DNA of 64,000 nt from an uncultured Planctomycetota bacterium (GCA_963849325.1 CAWKHF010000007.1:32001-96000), one strand, 5' to 3'. Shown: positions 10,123 through 22,738, counted from the stretch's first letter. Notes: a model not told the origin generated them from the sequence alone. Program-made: numbers and translations.

Positions 10123-10902
10123 ATGGCGAACACCTCCACTCCCGTCGTCAACCACTGGCCCGAGCCAAAGTGCGCCAAGGCGTTCTGGAGCCAGCGCGAG
10201 CTGCCGCCGTATCGCCGACTGCTCCAGGACACCGTCGCCTGGCTCGATCCGCGTCCCGGACAACATTGGCTCGACCTCGGCTGCGGCAGCGGCCAACTCA
10301 CTCGCGCCGTCTGGGAGAAAAGCGGCGGACGCCTCGCCGCCCTCGTCGCCCTGGACTGCGCCGCCCACAACGAACGCGCCATCGCCAAGGTCCGCAGCGG
10401 CGCCCATCCTCCCGCCACGGCCGAGCAGGTTCGCTTCCTCCACGCCGATTTCAGCGACGGACTCGCCTCCTTCGACTCCGCCTCCTTCGACGGCGCCGTC
10501 TCCGGCCTGGCCATCCAGTACGCCGAGTCGTACTCGGAGGAGAAAGGCCGCTGGACGAGCGACGCCTATGAGCACCTGCTCGCCGACGTGTGCCGCGTGC
10601 TGCGGCCGGGCGGCACGTTTGTCTTCTCGGTCAACGTGCCCGAGCCGGCCTGGAGCAAAATCGCCCTGTACGGCATTCCCGGCTTTTTCCGCTCCTCCCA
10701 TCCTCTCCGCTTCGTCAAGAACTCTCTGCGCATGTTACATTACGGAGCCTGGCTCAAGCGCGAGGCTCGCCGCGGTCGATTCCATTATCTGCCGGCCGCG
10801 GTGGTAGCGGAAAAGCTCGCCCGAGCGGGCTTCGTCGGCATCGAACATCGCCGGAGCTTCGCCGGCCAGGCCGACGTCTTCCGCTGCCGCCGACCCGCCT
10901 GA
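10123..10902 (+). CDS. Class I SAM-dependent methyltransferase
   Basis: WLDLGCGSG motif I; RVLRPGGTFVF. Confidence 0.9.
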   Translation: MANTSTPVVNHWPEPKCAKAFWSQRELPPYRRLLQDTVAWLDPRPGQHWLDLGCGSGQLTRAVWEKSGGRLAALVALDCAAHNERAIAKVRSGAHPPATAEQVRFLHADFSDGLASFDSASFDGAVSGLAIQYAESYSEEKGRWTSDAYEHLLADVCRVLRPGGTFVFSVNVPEPAWSKIALYGIPGFFRSSHPLRFVKNSLRMLHYGAWLKREARRGRFHYLPAAVVAEKLARAGFVGIEHRRSFAGQADVFRCRRPA

Positions 10903-11090
10903 GCCGCGGCGCTGACCCTGGCGCCGCCCTCGCAGGCCGTCCTGAAGCAAAGATCCGGTTCGCCGGGTATACCATTTGCCTGAATGTCCGCCATCGCCTT
11001 TGCCGGGCGATACGGACGGCCGTCTCCTTCGCGCTCACGGGGACGGACGCGCTTCATCCGCACGAGAATGCACCTGCGAGGGAGACCGCC

Positions 11091-14000
11091 ATGAAGCGTC
11101 ACCTGGCTGCGCAAGATACTTTTGTCCATCCCCATCGTGCTGATCGTCCTCGCCGGGACGGCGATCGTCGCCGCCCGGTTTTACCTGTCATCGCCCGCGC
11201 GACGCGGCAAGTCGCCGAGCGTTTGCAAGACTATGCTTGGCGGCCGCGTCGAGGTCAACGAATCCCACATCGGCCTGACAGGCGACAGCACCGTGCAAGG
11301 CATCCGGGCCTTCGAGGACGGCGAGCCGGACAAGCCGTGGCTCCAGATCGAGGACGTCAAGGCCGACCTGTCGGCCTGAGCGTGCTGCGCGACAAATCGC
11401 CCGACGACATTCAGTTGCAAGGCGCGCGCATCGTCCTTCGCTTCGACCGCGCCGGCCATCTGCTCACGAAGTTACCCGTCACAAGAAAGGGCCGCCCACG
11501 GCGGTTCCTCACCTGCACGTCGCGCAGGGCGAGATGACCTTCGATCAGGAGGGCCAGCCGCCGATGGTCATTCACGGCATCAACGCCGACATTGTGCCCG
11601 GCGACAAGAGTCTGACGCTGACAGGGGAGCATCATCGACCCGTACTGGGGAAACTGGAAGGCCCAGGGCGACTTCGATACGGCCACGGGCAAAAGCTCCA
11701 TCACGCTCGACACCGAGGCCGTCCGCGTCACGATGGAGAAGCTGCGATCCATCGCCTTCGTGCCGCCGACGGTTTGGGAGCGGTACACGTCGAGGGGAAG
11801 ACGCCGGCGCAGGTGCGGCTGGACATGCAGACCGCCGGCGACAAGCCGACCGTGCATTACCGCGTCGAGATCGCGCCGCGCGATGCCCGCGTGCAGGTGC
11901 CCTCGATCGACCTGAGCGCCACCGAGGCCCACGGCAAGGCCGTCATCGCCGATGAGGTGGTCACGCTCGACGACGTGCAGGGCAAGATCGCCGGCGGTGA
12001 GATCACGACCAGCGGCAACTTGGATTTCCGTGGGGACACGTCGCATCTGGCCTTCAAGGTCGGCGTGCGCGACGTGATGCTGGCACGGTCTGCCGCCCAG
12101 CTGGAAGGTGCCCCGTAACATCGACGGCCAGTTGACCGGCTCGGCCGACCTGATCGTCACCATCGAGCAGGGCAAAGGTCCAGACGGCGGGGTCGGGTGA
12201 GGGAGTCATCAGACAGGCGCGATGGGGGGGTATCCGCATCAGCAAACCGATCCGCCTGGCCCTGCACTCCGACGGAAAACGCTTCCGCTTCCACCAGCCG
12301 CCGGCCACGATGATCGCCCAGGACGTGCCCGAGACGTCGGCGAAAGCGAATGAACCCATCGCGGCCGAGCCCCAACCGGCCGCCGAGGTGAAGAAAGAGG
12401 ACGACCCGACAGGAGAGAGGCGAGTTTCTCGAAAGCGCACCGGCGCGGCTGGTGCGACTGGTCGGGCGGGGTGTCCAGTACGGCGCGGACCAGCTCTCGC
12501 GCGCCATCGACGCGACGGCTCGCGGCCTGGGAAAGCTGAAACCGCCCAGCAAGCCCGGCGAAGAGCCGACCTATCTCGACGTGGATCTGAACCTGCAAGA
12601 CGTCGATCTGGCCCAGCTGGTGCAGAAGCTGAAGATGACAGCTGCCGTACGCCGCTCGCCGGCCGGCTGACGATTCAGGTCCACGCCTCGATCCCCATCA
12701 ACACGCCCGGCGATACGAAGGCGTATCGCCTGCGCGGCATGGCCAAGTTGCCTCGCTTCAACGTCGACGGGCTTGGAGATGACCAACGTCGAGGCTCGCG
12801 TCCGCTACGCCGATGGCGTGCTGGACCTCGAAGAACTGCACGGTCAGATGCCGCAACCCAAAGACCCGAAAGCGGCCGGCAAGTTTGACGGCAACGCGCG
12901 TGTGCAAGTCGTTCCCGCAGGGCGAATTGCGGGCTTCGCTTGAAGATCGATCAAATTCCCCTCGATGTGGCCCTGAACTTGCTTCCGGCAAGACCAAGGA
13001 GCAGGCGACGGGCGTCCTGTCGGGGACGCTGCAGGGCCGCGTACCCCTGCCGAGTTTGCGCGACCCGGCGACCTGGCGCGGCTCGGCGACGCTGACTTCG
13101 CCGAGCATCGAGGTTTACGGCCTGACGCTGCGGAACATCTCGGCGGACCTGAAGGTCGAGCAGGGGCAAGGCGACCCTGACGACGTTCAAGGCGGATGTG
13201 GAGGGCACGCCGCTGACGGGGGAGGGCGAGTTGCAGCTGAAAGGCGACGTATCCCTTCAAGGCGCGAATCCACCTGGGCCGGACCGACCTGGCCGCCCTC
13301 AATCGGCTGGCCCCGTCGTTTCGCCCGCCCATCGAAATCAAGGGTCATGCCCAACTCAACGGCAGCGTGACGGGCACCTTGAAGCCGCTCCAGTTCGACA
13401 CGACCGGCGAGGTGCAGGCACGCGATCTCGTGGCGGAGGGCTTCAAGGTGGATAACCTGTCCTTCCGCTGGGGCAAGGAGAAAAACGGCCTGAAACTGGA
13501 CGCGATCAAGGCGAACTTGTACGGCGGCGAGGTGACCGGCTCGGCCGTGGTGCCGCTCGCTACCACGGTGGCCGGCACGGCGAAGCTCCGCCTCCGCGAC
13601 CTGGACGTGCAGGCGCTGGCCAAGTCGTTGCCTTCGTTCCCGGTGCGGCTGGAGGGCAAGGTCTCCGGCACGGTCAACGGCGAGCTGGCCGTCCCGGCGC
13701 CGAACCGGCCGCGCGCCTGGACGACGGACATCGAATTGGCGGCGCCGCAGCTGCGCGTCCAGGGCATCCCCACCGAGAAATTGAAGGGAACCATCGATTC
13801 GCACGAGGGGAAGACTTCGTACCGCCTGCAGGGCGAGAGCCTGGGCGGGACATTCAACATCAAAGGCGATTTGCCGGCGCAGACCGAAAAAGGAAAAGGA
13901 GGAGAAGAGCAAGCCGAGAACGGGGCGGAACGGAGTGGGTCGCGGACAGCTGGAGGTCCGCGGAGCGCGACTGTCGCGCTTGTGGGACGCTTACAACATC

Positions 14001-15222
14001 ACCGGGCGGGCTGTCGCACCTGCACGGCTCGGTTCTCGATCAACTTGCCGTATCGGCACGAGGGGCCGCGTGACTTCCCGGTTGGCAATGGTACTTTTCG
14101 TATCGTCAATATTCGCTGGGATGAGGAATACCTGGCCGAGAGCCTGCAAGGCGATGTGCGCCTGACGCCGGACGCCCTGCGGCTGGTCAACGTCACGGGC
14201 GACGTCGCCGAGGGATTGTTTCTCGGCCAATTCCGTTCGGACTCAAGACGGAACAGCCGAAGCTGGTTCCACATCGAATTGCAACAGGTCGAGGCATCGC
14301 GGCTGCTGGTGCCGTTGCCGGCGGTGGCGTCGCACGTGCACGGCCCGGTGGATGTCAACCTGCGCGGACGGATCGGCCCGGAGTGGGACGGCGGCGGCGG
14401 AGCGACGCTGACGCGCGGGCAGGTCTATGGCCTGGACGTCACCGAATGGCGCATCCCCATGCAGTTCAGCTTCGCTCCGTCGCAGGGCAGCGGCGAATTG
14501 ACGGTCCGCGACAGCCAGGCCCGCATCGCCCAAGGGCGAGCGCGCTTCGAGAGCAAGCTCAACTGGGGCAACGGCCTGCGACTGACCGGCACGTTGCTGT
14601 TCTATCAGGTGGACCTGCGCACCTTGCTGCGTCATTCGCCGGAGTTGAGCTCCTACGCCTCCGGCCGCGTGTCCGGCCGGATCGATCTGGCCGGCAGCGA
14701 AATGCGTTCCATCAACGATCTACGGCGATCGTGCAGGCGAAGCTCGAACAGGGCCAGGCGCTGCAACTGCCGGTGCTGCGGCAGATCACGCCGTACTTGC
14801 GTCCGGGCGTGTCGTCGGCGACGTTCCAGTCCGGCCAGCTCAAGGGCCGACTCGCCGGCGGCATCTTCCGCGTCCAGCACATGACCCTGGTCGGCGATCT
14901 GCTCCAGCTCATCATCGAGGGCACCATCAACCTGGCCGGCAACCTCAATCTCGACGTGACGGCGCAAACCGGCATCTATTGCCTCAATCCTGCCAAGGCG
15001 AACGCGCTCGGCGTCGCAGGTTCCGCTCATCGGGGCCATCCCGCGCCTGGTCCTTTACGAAGCTAGCTCCCTGCTGGCCAACCGCATCGTCCACCTGCGC
15101 GTCACCGGCACCGTCCGCAGCCCCTCGGTTCGTCTGGAGCCGCTGCTGGTGTTGACCGAAGGAGTCGATCCGCTTTTTCCTCGGCCGCCTCGTCCGCCTC
15201 CCCATCCCAACCGCTCCCGTAA
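11091..15222 (+). CDS. Large AsmA/TamB-like beta-taco envelope protein; many indels, 3' end approximate
   Basis: N-terminal TM segment after a GGGAGA RBS; repeated beta-strand units (KANLYGGEVTGSA, DLDVQALAK, GRVSGRIDL, IEGTINLAGNLNLDV); C-terminal HLRVTGTVRSPSV. Confidence 0.65.
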
Positions 15223-15432
15223 CGCAGACTTTTTCATCGCTTCCACTGCACCCCAGTCCCTCCGGGGCCGATAACAATAGTGCCTCCGTGGATGTCCTCC
15301 TTGAGTTGCCGAGTTCCCCAGAACCCACCCTCCGAACGGGTCCGTTGGCCGTGGCCGTTCGGGCTGGATCGGATGCGCTCGTGCTTCGGCCGCCCGCCTG
15401 AGAACTTCCTGTTTGCGGAGGAGGACACGCCG

Positions 15433-16307
15433 ATGCCTCAATCAGTAGCCCGGGGACGGGTCGCGCGAACCTCGCCGGCCTGGTCCTGTTCTCTGTCGTG
15501 TTGCTCGCCTTGGGCTGCTCGTGCTCGTCGGGAAACCTGCTGGGACTGTACCGGCGGGACCCATCGCTTGATCCCCCAAGCCAAGGATCTGCGTTCGGCC
15601 TACCCCGAGCCGCTGCCGATGCCGCGCGAACTGGACAAGCGCATCGCCAGTCCCTACGTCGTCGAGCCGGGCGACGTGCTGCTGGTGCAGCCGGTCAACC
15701 TCGATTCGCCGGTGCGTCTGCCGGGCGATCAGACGGTGCTGCCCGACGGCACCATTCAGCTGGGCCGCTACGGACTGATCATCGTGGCCGGCAAGACGAT
15801 GCCGCAGATCGAGGCGGATGTCCGCACGCAGATCGAGGCGCAGACGAAGGACGCGGGGCCGATCACGGCCCGCCTGGTGACGCGGGTGAGCAAGGTCTAT
15901 TACGTGCTGGGCGAGGTCAACGCGCCCGGGGCGTTCCCGCTGCAAGGCCGCGAGACGGTCCTCGACGCCCTCCTGGCGGCGGGCGGACTCAACGACAAGG
16001 CGTCGCGGAAGTTCATCACGCTGGCCCGGCCGACGCACGCGGACGGCTGCCGCGTCGTGCTGCCGGTCTGCTACAACGAGATCGTCCAGCTGGGCGACAC
16101 CTCGACGAACTATCAGATCGCGGCCGGCGATCGCATCTACGTGCCGACGCGCGGCCACGACGATTGCGGCCGCAAGAAGGTGTGTCCGCCGTGCGGCCGT
16201 CCGCAAGTGCCCTGTCCCGCCGCCCGATGGCTGCTCCGCCCTGCCGTCCCGTCGTCCCATCCGCCGGCCAGTCCCCTCGCCCCGCTCCTGCCGGTGACCT
16301 CCGTTAA
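15433..16307 (+). CDS. Polysaccharide biosynthesis/export (Wza-like, Poly_export + SLBB) lipoprotein; indels, end approximate
   Basis: YVVEPGDVLLV, VLPDGTIQLGRYG, YYVLGEVNAPG, TNYQIAAGDRIYV; lipobox-like LALGC in an upstream frame. Confidence 0.8.
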
Positions 16308-16337
16308 CAGTGACAGAGTCGACACAGCGTGCAGGTA

Positions 16338-19300
16338 TTACGCCGACAGAACGAGCAGATTCTTAACCGACGCCGATAACACGGATAAGAAAAGCAGAGA
16401 GGCTGTCTTATCCGTGTTATCCGTGGTTCTTTTTGTTTCATTCAGGTAGGCTCTTCTCCTCTTGTCACTTTTCGCAGAAGCGGGCCACCACACCTCGAAG
16501 CACGCGCCCTGGCCTGGTTCGCTGGTAACCTCGACCCGGCCGCCGTGGCTCTCGACGATCTGCTGCACGACGGCCAGGCCCAAGCCGGTGCCACGCTCCT
16601 TCGTCGAGAAAAACGGATCGAAGAGGTGCGCTTTGACCTCCTCCGCGATCCCGTCCCCTGGTCGCGCACCGACAGACGCACCCAGTCGCCGTCCGTGGAA
16701 ACCAAGGCCGTCTGAACTGCAGGGGGCCGCCGTTCGGGCATGGCGTCGCGGCCGTTGAGACACAGATTCATCAGGACTTGCTGTACCTGCGTCTCGTCGG
16801 CCTGGATGAACAGGTCTCGTTCGTCCAGGTCGGCCTGGAGATCGATGCGCGACGGCAGGCTCGCGCGGAGCAGTTCCAGGGTCGTCCGAACGACGTGGTT
16901 GACCTCGATACGGCGTGAGGCCACGCTGACGCTGCTTGCCGAAGGTCAGCAGTTGGTTCGCCAGGGTGGCGGCCTGTTCGCGTCGCCTGCCGGATGCGCT
17001 GTCAGGTCGGCGTGGACCCCATGCTCGGCCGGCAGAGTTCGAACTCACCAGTTCCGTCAGACTGAGCACGACCGAGAGCAGGTTATTGAAATCGTGGGCG
17101 ACGCCGCCGGACAGCCGGCCGACCAACTCCAGCCGCTGCGCCCGCAGCAGGTCCTGCTCCAGCTGGCGTTCGCGGGTCACGTCCACGATGAGCGTGGTGG
17201 TGCCGACGATGTTGCCATCCGGACCGACGGCGCGGCTCGGCGAAGGCCAGGCCCACTTTTTCGGAGCCGTCCTTGGCTCGATAGCGGAACTCGGCTCGCC
17301 CTCCCCGCCCTTCCAGGGCGTCTCGGCCCAGGGCCATCATCCGCGCCAGGTCGTCCGGGTGGAGCAGACGCCCCACAGTGCGGATCGGCGATGTCGGCCA
17401 GGTCGTAGCCGGTGATGCCGCGGTGGCGGGGTTGGTGTAGCGGACACTCCTGTCCGGGTCGGCCTGGATCACCATCAGCGGCAGCGACTCGACCAGTTCG
17501 CGGTAGCTTCTCCTCCGACTCGCGCATCATCTTCTGGGCCTGGACGTAGGCGCTGATGTCCACGAAGGTCGTCACCACTCCGGCGGGGCCGCGCTGCTCG
17601 CCGTGGCACCACGCCAAGGGGCATGGCATTGACGAGCACCCAGCGGATTTCTTCGGGCTTGGGCAGCGCGCTGGGCCTTTGGCATCCGACGGCAGGATGC
17701 CGAGCACGAGGTTGCGAACCGGCCGGGCCATGCGGAGGACCGTCGCGGCCGGATAGTCGTCGGCGGACAGCGGCGTGCCGTCCTCGCGCAGCAGCGTCCA
17801 ATCGCGTTCGTCCAGGGTCATGCCGCGCAGTCGTTCGGGAGGATGTCCGAGGATGGTGCCGGCGGTCGTGTTGCAGTCGAGGATGCAGCCGGCGTGATCC
17901 TGAACGAGCAGTCCCTCGGCCATGGTTTCGAGGACGGCGCGGAGGCGGACCTCGGTGTCGTGGCGGGCCGCCTCGGCCTGGTGCAGCGTCGTCAAGTCCT
18001 CCAGCACCCACACGGCGGCGTCGGGCTGGTTGAAGGGTGTACCCATGGAAAGCGAGCGGCGGCCCCGCCGACCCCAGCATCACCGGCGCCGCCCAGGCCA
18101 CCAGCGGGATGCGCCGGCCGTCCGGCCGATGCACGACGATGTCCTCGCGCATCGTCGTCAGTCCCTTGCGCAGGGCCAGGAACACCGGCAATTCCTCGAC
18201 CGGGTAGAGGCTGCCGTCGGGGCGGTGCAGGCGGTAGACCTCGCTGAGATGTTCCAGCCCGGCCGCCATGTCCTCGCGCTGGCCGAGCAGTTGGCGCGCG
18301 CGGGCGTTGACCAGGATCGGATGGCCGTGCGGACCCTGCACGAAGAAGACGCCGGCAGGCAGATTGCCGACCAGGGCGTGCAACATGCTCGTGGTGCGCC
18401 GCAGGTCGTCGGCCAGTGCTCGCTGCGCCGTGATGTCGGTCAGCACGCCCTCCCAGCCGATCAGCCGTCCGTCAGCGTCCAGACGGGGGACCAACGTGTC
18501 GCGGACCCAGCGAACCCGCGGCGAGCGCGAATCGGAAGGCTTCGTCTCTCGGGCGGGCACCTCTTCCGACAGGCGATATTCGCAGGAGACCGGCTCGATC
18601 TGCCGGCCGACCTGGGCGATGGCGGCGCGAACGACTTCCCGATCGTCGGCGTGGATGCGTTGCAACCAGCCCTGGTAATCGCCGAGCAGTTCCTGGGGCG
18701 GACAGCCGAGCAACGGTTCGCTGGCGGCGCTGACCAACGTGACCTCGGCAGGCAGACCGCCGACAGGCAGCGGCGGTCGTTCCGGGCGACGGAAAGCGGC
18801 GCTGTAGATGACGATGGGCAGGTGGGCCATGACCTGCCGGTACCGTTCTTCGCTGCCGCGTACCCAGCTGGACGAGGAGGCCACGAGCAGGGCAACGGCG
18901 CACTGGCCGAGCAAGTTCCCCTGTACCAGCGGCAGGAAGGCGACAGCGGACGGCTCGCCCTCCAGCAACAGCAGCGGCAAGCCGGCGGAGACGGCGACGA
19001 CCAGGGCACTGCCGCGCAAGCCCTGCCGCAAGCTCGCCCAGACGATCAATAGCAGCGGCGCTGCCCCATAACTGCCAGCTGACCAGGTGAGTGCGTCCGT
19101 TCTGGACCGCCAACCAGGTCAAGGCGCCGGCGCCGGCGGCCAGGCCGAATAGCTCCAGTCCGTCGCCCCAGGAAAGGCGTTCGCCTCCGCCGACAACGTC
19201 GAGTGGTCCCTTCGGTCCGCCGTCCGCGGCCGCCGGACGCACCAGGCCGCGCCGCGACAACCACGGCGTCAACACCACCAGCAGCAGCGGCGCCAGGACC

Positions 19301-19896
19301 AGCACTCCGATCGTTCGGCTCAGCCAGAACGCGGTCAGTTCTCGACCCCAACCCTCTCCGGGTGCCGCCACGATCAGACCGGACAGGACCGTGTGAAGAA
19401 TGGCCCACAGCCCGACGCCGATTCCGGGCACGAGGAACAAAAACAGCATGGCCGAGCGCGGATCGCTCAGGCCGCGCGCCGCGGCCCTGGTCGTGATACA
19501 GCCACCACGACAGTTGCAGCAGCGCCGCGCCGACCACGGCATCCATGGCGGCCAACCCGAGTTCGCCCGGCACGCCGTCGCTGCGGGCCGAGTAGTCGCC
19601 ACAGCATCATCTGTGCCACGACGAACAAGCCGTCCAGCGCCAACCAGAGAGCGGCGCGCGGTCCCAACCAGGCGAGGAGAGCCAGACCCAGACCGGCCGG
19701 CGGATACCACAGGCCGGCCCCGGTCTCACCCCAGGCCAGAGGGTTGCGTCAGGTGCAGGATGGGCACGCAGATCAACAGGACCATCTGTCGGCGGCGGGA
19801 CGCCAGCAGAGACGGAGCGCCGGCAGCCGAGGCAGGACGTACATTCTCGGTGGCCCCAGGCACGGACGAATGGCAAGAGGGGGGAACGGACGCCAT
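16338..19896 (-). CDS. MASE1-PAS sensor histidine kinase; many indels, 3' end uncertain
   Basis: LWYPPAGLGLALLAW (MASE1), several PAS/PAC units (WLQRIHADDRE, RWVRD), AHDFNNLL (HisKA), FDPFFSTKERGTGLGL (HATPase). Confidence 0.85.
16365..16428. repeat. Inverted repeat, family C (AACACGGA-type tandem units)
   Basis: gataacacggataaga ... tcttatccgtgttatc, between convergent genes. Confidence 0.75.
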
Positions 19897-20112
19897 TACC
19901 GTAGTCCCTTGTGTTCTCGCTACGACCGACGATCCGCGACGAAAGGGGAAACGGAAAGGACGGAGGAAGCGGTTCCTTTTCAGCCATCCGAAAAGGCGAC
20001 TCCGCTCTCCGGTTCACGATCGAATCAACTAGGGCACGGACGTAATTTCCCTGCGTCAAGTGTAAGTTACGGAAAGGTCAGACTCAAGTGGGTAGCCGCG
20101 ATTTACTCCGCG

Positions 20113-20916
20113 TCATTCCTTCGTGCCCAGATACTTTTTCAGCAGCGCCAACTCCTGCTTGGCCAGCTGCCGGCGCTCCGGGAGGTCTTTTGTCTCATAC
20201 TCGCCGTGGACGCTGACCGTGCCGGTGAACTTGCACGCGCGCACCGCCTCGCCGACTTCGTTCCAGCGGACGATGCCGTCGCCGGCCGGTACAACGTGAT
20301 ACTGCCAACCCTCGTCCTTCTTCTGCCACCGCATGTCCTTGATGGCCACCAGCGACAACCAGGACCGCACGATGTCGAGTTCCATGCGGATCGGCCCGCC
20401 GTTGACGGCAGTGTGGCCGGTGTCCACGAAGGCGCCAACGTGGTGCGGGTCGAGGTCTTGCAGCAGCAGCCGCAGTCCGGCGGCGTTGTTGCCGAGATAG
20501 CTGCCAGAATGGGTGTGGTAGCAGGCCCGTACCTTCGTCTGTTCGGCCAGCCGAGCGAAGCCACTCAGCCGGCCGCGGGCGTCCTGCAAGCACCCCTCGA
20601 ACGGCATCTTGTAGGGAAAATAACCGATCTTCACGGCCGGCACCTCCGCCTTCGCACAGGCCGCGAAGAGGGTGCGGGCGGTCGGGCTGCTAGGGTCGTT
20701 GAGGTTGGTCGCCGTGCTGACCAGGCCGATGGTCAGCCCCTCGTCGCGGAGTGCCTTCGCCGCCGCCGGCAGGGCCGTGGCGACATTCTCCGGGTTGACG
20801 GGATGGCCGGGACGCACGGCCAGATCGACGCCGTCCAAACCCACTTCCTTGCAGAAGGCGATCAAGTCCTTAACGTCGAGCGATTGCAGCGTCTTGGTGA
20901 AATAGACGTAGCGCAT
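20113..20916 (-). CDS. Sugar phosphate isomerase/epimerase family (xylose isomerase-like TIM barrel)
   Basis: GLDGVDLAVRPGH, YHTHSG, FVDTGH, AIKD, VSVHGEY. Confidence 0.85.
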   Translation of the reverse strand: MRYVYFTKTLQSLDVKDLIAFCKEVGLDGVDLAVRPGHPVNPENVATALPAAAKALRDEGLTIGLVSTATNLNDPSSPTARTLFAACAKAEVPAVKIGYFPYKMPFEGCLQDARGRLSGFARLAEQTKVRACYHTHSGSYLGNNAAGLRLLLQDLDPHHVGAFVDTGHTAVNGGPIRMELDIVRSWLSLVAIKDMRWQKKDEGWQYHVVPAGDGIVRWNEVGEAVRACKFTGTVSVHGEYETKDLPERRQLAKQELALLKKYLGTKE

Positions 20917-20929
20917 GACTTTCTCTCTC

Positions 20930-22738
20930 TCAAGGCAACTTGATGGGCATCGCCATCTCCACGCGCGCCTGTAGCTGCGCGACGGCGGCGGGGATGCGGC
21001 GCAGGGCCAGTTGCAGCCGCTCGAACTCCGACCCGCCGGTGGCTGGCCACTGTGTCAGCCACTCCGCCAGCGGCGCCGCCAGGTGTTGTTTCATCAGCGC
21101 TTGCTGGCGCTGGCGCGTCTGCTCGCGCTGGGTATCGACCACCTGTTTGCCGAGCAGCTCGACGAGTTGGTGCGTCAGCGAGGCGACCAGCGGCACGAGG
21201 ATGAAGTCGTGCCAGGTGATGCCGCCAGCGGCCAGAGTGCCGGCGATGGCGGCCAGGTCCAGGGCGAACTTGCCGCCGCGCAGGGTATTCAGCACCGCCG
21301 GCGTCTTTTCCAGTTGCTCGTAAATCGCTCGTGCCGTGCGGTCCACCTCGCTCGCCAGGCCGGTCTGGAAATTACGGTAGTCCTGCCCGAAACGCTCGCG
21401 GATGCGCTCGGCCAGTCCGCCGCCGTGGAAGCCCTCGGCCACGTGCGCCCACAGGGCATGTTCGTCGCCCTGCCGCGCCGCTTCCTTGCGCAAGAGATCA
21501 ATCCAGCCATTCAACGCATCTTCGAGGATGGGCAGCTCGGGACGGCTCGGCGCATCGGGCCGGCTGATCGCCTTGCCGACCAGTCCCTTGAGCAGCCGAT
21601 ACGGCGTGCGCAGGACGTACAGGGTGCCGCTGAGCACCTTGCCGATGCCGGGCAGTTCCAGCAGTTCCATCAAGCGTACCAGGGCCTCGTCAAAGCCGCG
21701 AAACTTCTCGCTGGTCAGGTACTCGCGGAAGTAGCGCTGCTCGAACTCGGCCTGTCCGGCGAGGACAACGGCCTGCCAGCTCTGCATGGCGCGGAGGTCT
21801 TGCTGCGCGACCGACAGCAGCTGTTCGCAGTGGCGGACGAGGTATTGCGTGGCGCCGACGACGCTGCGGCGCCGCGCCGCCGCGGGCGGCATGCCGAGGA
21901 CGGCGACCTGGTTCAGCAACGGGATGCGATAGCGCGCGGCCTGGCGCGCCGGGTCGGCGAGCTGGGCCGCCGTCAGGAACGGGATGGCCAGCGTGCTGAC
22001 AACGCCGCCGCCGGGCGCGTGCGGCAGGTGGCCGACCACTTCTTTCTGAAAATGAGCGATCAGCGCCGGGGCGTCGGCGTCGCGCATTTTCATGAGGCAG
22101 ACGACGACGGGCTTGCCGGTTTGCAGCAGCAGGTGCAAAAACTGCGTCGGCACCTCATCGTTGTAGCGCTCGTCGGAGGCGACGTAGACGAGGATGTCGG
22201 CCAGGGCCGCCGCCTCCATCAGACGCGGGATGTAGCCGCCCGCCGCCCACGTCGTCATGTCGGGGCAGTCCCAGACGACGAAATCCTTGAGCAGGTCGAA
22301 GCTGGCCGCGTCGGCCGGCACGCGGCGCACCTGGTAAACGTCCTCGTCGAGACTCGACGGGCTGGGCTGCGTCAGGGGTTGCAGCGGCCCGAGGAAGCCG
22401 AGATGTCCGGCCCAGTTGAGGGGACCGTTGGCGCTGGTGTAAGCGATGGGATGGCGAGTAAAGCCGGCCTGCGGGTTGGCCTCGGCGGCGCTGGCGCCGC
22501 TGAGGAGGTTGGCGACGGTGCTCTTGCCGGCGCCGGCGCCGCCGACGACGACGACGTGCAGCGGCACGGGCGGCTGATCGTCGAGCAGGGGACCGATGCA
22601 GTTGCGCACCAGCGCCGCCGCCAGGCGTAGGCGACCCGCCGCGCGCGCCTGCTCGGGCTGCTTGCGGCTGTGCTGCTCCAGCCAGCCGAAGTCGTCGGCC
22701 AGCTGACCCGTCAGCGCTCGCGCCGTCAATGTATCCAT
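20930..22738 (-). CDS. Dynamin-like/TRAFAC GTPase-domain protein
   Basis: 602 aa; P-loop GGAGAGKST, WDCPD, long helical C-terminal half with a hydrophobic hairpin. Confidence 0.7.
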   Translation of the reverse strand: MDTLTARALTGQLADDFGWLEQHSRKQPEQARAAGRLRLAAALVRNCIGPLLDDQPPVPLHVVVVGGAGAGKSTVANLLSGASAAEANPQAGFTRHPIAYTSANGPLNWAGHLGFLGPLQPLTQPSPSSLDEDVYQVRRVPADAASFDLLKDFVVWDCPDMTTWAAGGYIPRLMEAAALADILVYVASDERYNDEVPTQFLHLLLQTGKPVVVCLMKMRDADAPALIAHFQKEVVGHLPHAPGGGVVSTLAIPFLTAAQLADPARQAARYRIPLLNQVAVLGMPPAAARRRSVVGATQYLVRHCEQLLSVAQQDLRAMQSWQAVVLAGQAEFEQRYFREYLTSEKFRGFDEALVRLMELLELPGIGKVLSGTLYVLRTPYRLLKGLVGKAISRPDAPSRPELPILEDALNGWIDLLRKEAARQGDEHALWAHVAEGFHGGGLAERIRERFGQDYRNFQTGLASEVDRTARAIYEQLEKTPAVLNTLRGGKFALDLAAIAGTLAAGGITWHDFILVPLVASLTHQLVELLGKQVVDTQREQTRQRQQALMKQHLAAPLAEWLTQWPATGGSEFERLQLALRRIPAAVAQLQARVEMAMPIKLP

